The notes beneath the pieces are model-generated. The model was not told the origin of the DNA and made no database searches. It worked only from the letters and a program-made list of their open reading frames with translations. The position numbers and the translations under genes are program-made. 60,174 nt of DNA from sequence record DRR723986_566; one strand, 5' to 3'. Shown here piece by piece: positions 56,335-60,174 of the stretch; position 1 is the stretch's first letter; each line of letters begins with the position of its first letter.

Positions 56335-56991
56335 ATGATAGACAAGACGTGTTTTTATAAAGCGGTTTTGGTTTCTGCGGTGTTTGGTGGTTTGATCTCA
56401 GATCCGGTGGTGCTGGCCGATAAAGCTGAGAGTGCATCACAGGCACAGCCTGCCCAATCTTCGCCTTATGCAGATAAACTGTTACCACCCAAATGTGACT
56501 ATGGAACCGTTAACCCTGATGCGCCTGCGGAACTGGCTCAATTTGGTTTTTTGATCGGTGATTATACAATTAATGCAGAAAAATGGGACGGAACGCAGTG
56601 GGCTTCTCTCGGCCCGACGGCAGCCCCTGCGCGCTGGAACGGCTGGTATGGACTTGATGGTATGGCCATTTATGATGAATGGTACAGCGTTGATCTGGGC
56701 TTGCTGCCGGACACACCGCGCGGTGTGAATGTTCGGTTTTATGACGCAAAAAATGCTCAGTGGAAAATGATGTGGACCGCTTCTGGCACGTTGCAGCCGC
56801 AAGACCTGCGCGCGGAAATTCGCGATGGAAAATTGACCATGTGGCAGGTTTACCCTGAGCGGCCTAATTTTTATGCTGAGTTTATCGTTGTCGACGATGA
56901 CCATTGGCACCGCATTGCTTATGATAAAGATGAAGCAGGTGATTGGGTCCCAACATATAAGTTGAATGCCACGCGTCTCGCCTGCGAGTAA
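56335..56991 (+). CDS. Exported hypothetical protein (DUF1579-like beta-barrel)
   Basis: GGAGG SD; signal peptide; QFGFLIGDY, RFYDAKNAQW. Confidence 0.7.
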   Translation: MIDKTCFYKAVLVSAVFGGLISDPVVLADKAESASQAQPAQSSPYADKLLPPKCDYGTVNPDAPAELAQFGFLIGDYTINAEKWDGTQWASLGPTAAPARWNGWYGLDGMAIYDEWYSVDLGLLPDTPRGVNVRFYDAKNAQWKMMWTASGTLQPQDLRAEIRDGKLTMWQVYPERPNFYAEFIVVDDDHWHRIAYDKDEAGDWVPTYKLNATRLACE

Positions 56992-57010
56992 AATAAGCAT
57001 CTAGCCAAAG

Positions 57011-57039
57011 AAAAAGCCCGCAGTCATTACGGGCTTTTT
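57011..57039. terminator. Bidirectional intrinsic terminator
   Basis: AAAAAGCCCG...CGGGCTTTTT. Confidence 0.88.
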
Positions 57040-57067
57040 AGGTCGAATTTTTCATAGCTTATTTGGC

Positions 57068-57541
57068 TTAGATAAACTCAATTTTCGTAATTTCATAGTA
57101 CCGGTCACCACCGGGGGCTTTTACTTCCACTTCGTCATCAACCTTTTTGCCAATCAGCGCCCGCGCGATAGGAGACTGATAGGAAATCCTGCCAATTTTC
57201 ACATCGCCTTCGTCGCCGCCAACAATTTGGTAGATAACTTCATCGTCGTTCTCATCAAGCATGGTAACAGTTGCACCAAAAACGACCCGGTCGCCTGACA
57301 TGGTTTTTGGATCAAAAATCTGAGCGCGGGATAATTTCCCTTCCAGCTCCATGATCCGGCCTTCAATGTGGCCCTGTTTTTCTTTAGCAGCATGATATTC
57401 GGCGTTTTCTGATAAGTCGCCGTGCGCACGTGCTTCTTCAATCGCCAACACCACTGCCTGGCGTTCAACGGATTTCAAATTCTTTAATTCTGCTTCAAGG
57501 CGTCTATAGCCTTCTTCCAGCATGGGTACTTTTTCGTTCAT
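57068..57541 (-). CDS. greA: Transcription elongation factor GreA
   Basis: [29 protein letters not shown]. Confidence 0.98.
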   Translation of the reverse strand: MNEKVPMLEEGYRRLEAELKNLKSVERQAVVLAIEEARAHGDLSENAEYHAAKEKQGHIEGRIMELEGKLSRAQIFDPKTMSGDRVVFGATVTMLDENDDEVIYQIVGGDEGDVKIGRISYQSPIARALIGKKVDDEVEVKAPGGDRYYEITKIEFI

Positions 57542-57602
57542 AGGTCCCGTCCAGGGTTGTTTTCTAATTTTTTCAGGCGACGAAATTTTGCCTGCCTCTC
57601 AT

Positions 57603-57678
57603 AAAAATAGGAGCGCCGACCCGGGTAGGGTCGGCGCGTCCATGCTTATTATGTAGCGAACTATAGGTTGAAAATCAA
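57603..57678 (-). promoter_or_regulatory. greA promoter with leader terminator hairpin
   Basis: TTGATT-17-TACATA, then GCGCCGACCC..GGGTCGGCGC stem followed by TATTTTT. Confidence 0.6.
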
Positions 57679-57735
57679 GTATAGCCGTTAAATGCAAGCA
57701 ATCTATCTTGCTGGCATCCTAATAAAAGACCGATG

Positions 57736-60174
57736 TCAGTTGTTATATTCTTGCAGCTTTTTAACCTTTAAGTCGCCTGATTTTAGCGCTTTCAATGCCT
57801 GCACTGCGGCCTTAGAGGCTGCCATTGTGGTATAATAGGGCAGTTTCATCCTCAAGGCAGTATGGCGCAGTTCATAACTATCAAGAATGGCCTGCTTGCC
57901 TTCTGTGGTGTTAAACATCAGGCAGACATCGCCGTTTTTCATAATGTCGATTACATGGGGGCGTTGGCCTTCATTAACCTTAAACACGCTTTCTACATCC
58001 AGCCCGTTTGAGCGCAAATAGTCTGCCGTGCCAGAGGTTGCCACAACGCTGTAACCCATGGAAAGAAGATCTCGGGCCATGGGCACCAAACCGTGCTTGT
58101 CACTGTCTTTAACCGACAAAAACACTTTGCCGCTTTCGGGTAACGGCACACCAGCTGCAAGCTGTGACTTGTAAAATGCCATAGGGAAGCTGGTATCTAT
58201 GCCCATCACCTCACCGGTGGATTTCATCTCTGGGCCAAGAAGGACATCAACGCCCGGGAATCTTGCCCAGGGGATAACTACTTCTTTGACCGCAACATGT
58301 TCGGTTATCGGGTCTTTCAAATCAAACTCGCTGAGCTTTGCCCCCGCCATTGCCCGCGCGGCCATGGCGGCAATGGGGCTGCCAATGGCTTTGGCGACAA
58401 ATGGCACTGTGCGGCTGGCACGCGGGTTCACCTCAATCAAATACACTTCACCGTCTTTAACCGCGAACTGTACATTCATCAAACCAACAACATTCAAGGC
58501 TTTTGCCAGCGCAACCGCTTGGCGCTTCACTTCGTTTACAATACCAACCGGTAAGCTGTATGGCGGGATGGAGCAGGCACTGTCGCCTGAATGCACGCCT
58601 GCTTCTTCAATATGTTCCATAATGCCCGCAATGTGGATTGTTTCGCCGTCAGATAGGGCATCTACATCTACTTCAATGGCATCCTTGAGGAAGCTATCGA
58701 TCAGCACAGGGCTGTCCCCTGAAACCTGCACGGCCTCGGCAATATATTTATCAAGCCCTGCTTGATCGTGCACAATTTCCATTGCGCGACCACCCAGAAC
58801 ATAGCTTGGGCGAATAAGAACCGGATAACCAACCCGGTCCGCTACAGCAACGGCTTCCTCGTGGCTGCGGGCAAGGCCGTTGTTGGGTTGCTTCAGGCCA
58901 AGGTTTTCAACCAGTTCCTGAAAGCGTTCGCGGTCTTCCGCCAGGTCAATCGCATCAGGGCTTGTACCAAGAATTGGGATGTTAGCCGCTTCCAGCGCAT
59001 GCGCTAATTTGAGGGGCGTTTGCCCACCAAACTGGACAATTACACCTTTAACCGTGCCGTTTTCTTGTTCTTTTCTGATGATTTCAATGACATTTTCAGC
59101 CGTGAGCGGCTCAAAATATAGACGATCAGACGTGTCATAGTCAGTCGACACCGTTTCCGGGTTGCAGTTCACCATGATGGTCTCAAACCCTGCATCCGAC
59201 AATGAGAAGCAGGCATGGCAGCAGCAATAGTCAAACTCAATGCCTTGACCAATGCGATTTGGCCCGCCACCGAGAATGATGATTTTTTCGCGGTCGGTGG
59301 GGTTGGATTCGCACTCTGCTGCTTCGCCGTCAGCAAATGTTTCGTAACTGGAATACATGTAGGGCGTTTTGGCTTCAAACTCAGCGGCGCACGTGTCAAT
59401 GCGCTTGAAGCTTGGGCGCACATTTTTCTTGTGCCGTTCGGCCATTACATTTTCTTCGGTCATGCCGGTCAGTTCGGCCATACGTTGGTCTGAAAAACCA
59501 AGCATTTTCAGCTTACGCAAGCTCATTGCATCGCTGGGAAGACCGTTGTCGCGCATATTTTGTTCAGCATTTACCACTTGCTCAATTTGCGCGAGGAACC
59601 ACGGCTCAAAACCGGTCACGCGTTTTATATCTTCAAAGGGCACACCTTCGCGCATGGCTTGGGCAATGCGCAGCAACCTGTCAGGGCGCTGGAAGCCAAG
59701 GTCTTTTAGTATAGGGCCAAAGTCATCGCTGCCCGGCGTGTAGCCGTTTATCTCAATCTCATTAAGCCCGGTCAGGCCAGTTTCCATTGAGCGCAGCGCC
59801 TTTTGCATGCTCTCGGCAAAGTTGCGGCCAACCGCCATCACTTCGCCGACTGATTTCATTGCTGATGACAAAAGCGCGTCTGTGCCCGCGAATTTCTCGA
59901 AGGTGAAGCGCGGAATTTTGGTAACCACGTAGTCAATGCTAGGCTCAAACGAGGCCGGGGTTACGCCGGTGATGTCGTTATCCAGCTCGTCCAGTGTGTA
60001 ACCAACCGCCAATTTGGCGGCGATTTTGGCGATTGGGAACCCGGTGGCTTTAGATGCCAGCGCTGATGAGCGCGACACCCGTGGATTCATCTCAATCACA
60101 ATCAGGCGGCCATCTTTGGGGTTCACGGCAAACTGCACGTTTGACCCGCCGGTTTCCACACCAATCTCACGCAG
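57736..60174 (-). CDS. carB: Carbamoyl-phosphate synthase large subunit (5' end off window)
   Basis: [46 protein letters not shown]. Confidence 0.99.
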   Translation of the reverse strand: MREIGVETGGSNVQFAVNPKDGRLIVIEMNPRVSRSSALASKATGFPIAKIAAKLAVGYTLDELDNDITGVTPASFEPSIDYVVTKIPRFTFEKFAGTDALLSSAMKSVGEVMAVGRNFAESMQKALRSMETGLTGLNEIEINGYTPGSDDFGPILKDLGFQRPDRLLRIAQAMREGVPFEDIKRVTGFEPWFLAQIEQVVNAEQNMRDNGLPSDAMSLRKLKMLGFSDQRMAELTGMTEENVMAERHKKNVRPSFKRIDTCAAEFEAKTPYMYSSYETFADGEAAECESNPTDREKIIILGGGPNRIGQGIEFDYCCCHACFSLSDAGFETIMVNCNPETVSTDYDTSDRLYFEPLTAENVIEIIRKEQENGTVKGVIVQFGGQTPLKLAHALEAANIPILGTSPDAIDLAEDRERFQELVENLGLKQPNNGLARSHEEAVAVADRVGYPVLIRPSYVLGGRAMEIVHDQAGLDKYIAEAVQVSGDSPVLIDSFLKDAIEVDVDALSDGETIHIAGIMEHIEEAGVHSGDSACSIPPYSLPVGIVNEVKRQAVALAKALNVVGLMNVQFAVKDGEVYLIEVNPRASRTVPFVAKAIGSPIAAMAARAMAGAKLSEFDLKDPITEHVAVKEVVIPWARFPGVDVLLGPEMKSTGEVMGIDTSFPMAFYKSQLAAGVPLPESGKVFLSVKDSDKHGLVPMARDLLSMGYSVVATSGTADYLRSNGLDVESVFKVNEGQRPHVIDIMKNGDVCLMFNTTEGKQAILDSYELRHTALRMKLPYYTTMAASKAAVQALKALKSGDLKVKKLQEYNN

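Overview
60 kb of chromosome from an alphaproteobacterium; the gene content suggests a marine heterotroph such as Kordiimonas, which is an inference. Two conserved core neighbourhoods are present: rplY-prs-pgeF-MidA-lgt/ubiK-ybjN-proC, and carB-greA/lrp-trxB-lsrB(vtlR). Both are heavily interleaved with accessory genes: a heme-type TonB receptor, hydrolases, tandem Coq4-like genes, tandem membrane AraC regulators, a two-component module and an AT-rich HD/HSP90-ATPase gene. I found no rRNA, tRNA, CRISPR array, integrase or transposase. The most interesting signals are non-coding: (1) a ~200-nt multi-hairpin candidate sRNA with C-rich anti-Shine-Dalgarno loops and an upstream LysR box, near the lsrB/vtlR orthologue; (2) an ahpC 3' UTR carrying four copies of an 11-mer; (3) a DnaA box plus tandem NrdR-like boxes in front of ybjN-proC; (4) a uORF/terminator leader on rsgA; (5) a 30-bp terminator duplicated on both sides of a 3-gene module. 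Notable proteins are a stand-alone HD-CE/HSP90-type candidate conflict effector, a desaturase-DUF2147 fusion with an internal signal peptide, and a chimera of a TonB-box-like motif, pentapeptide repeats and a channel-like domain. All family calls come from reading motifs by eye, not from database searches.
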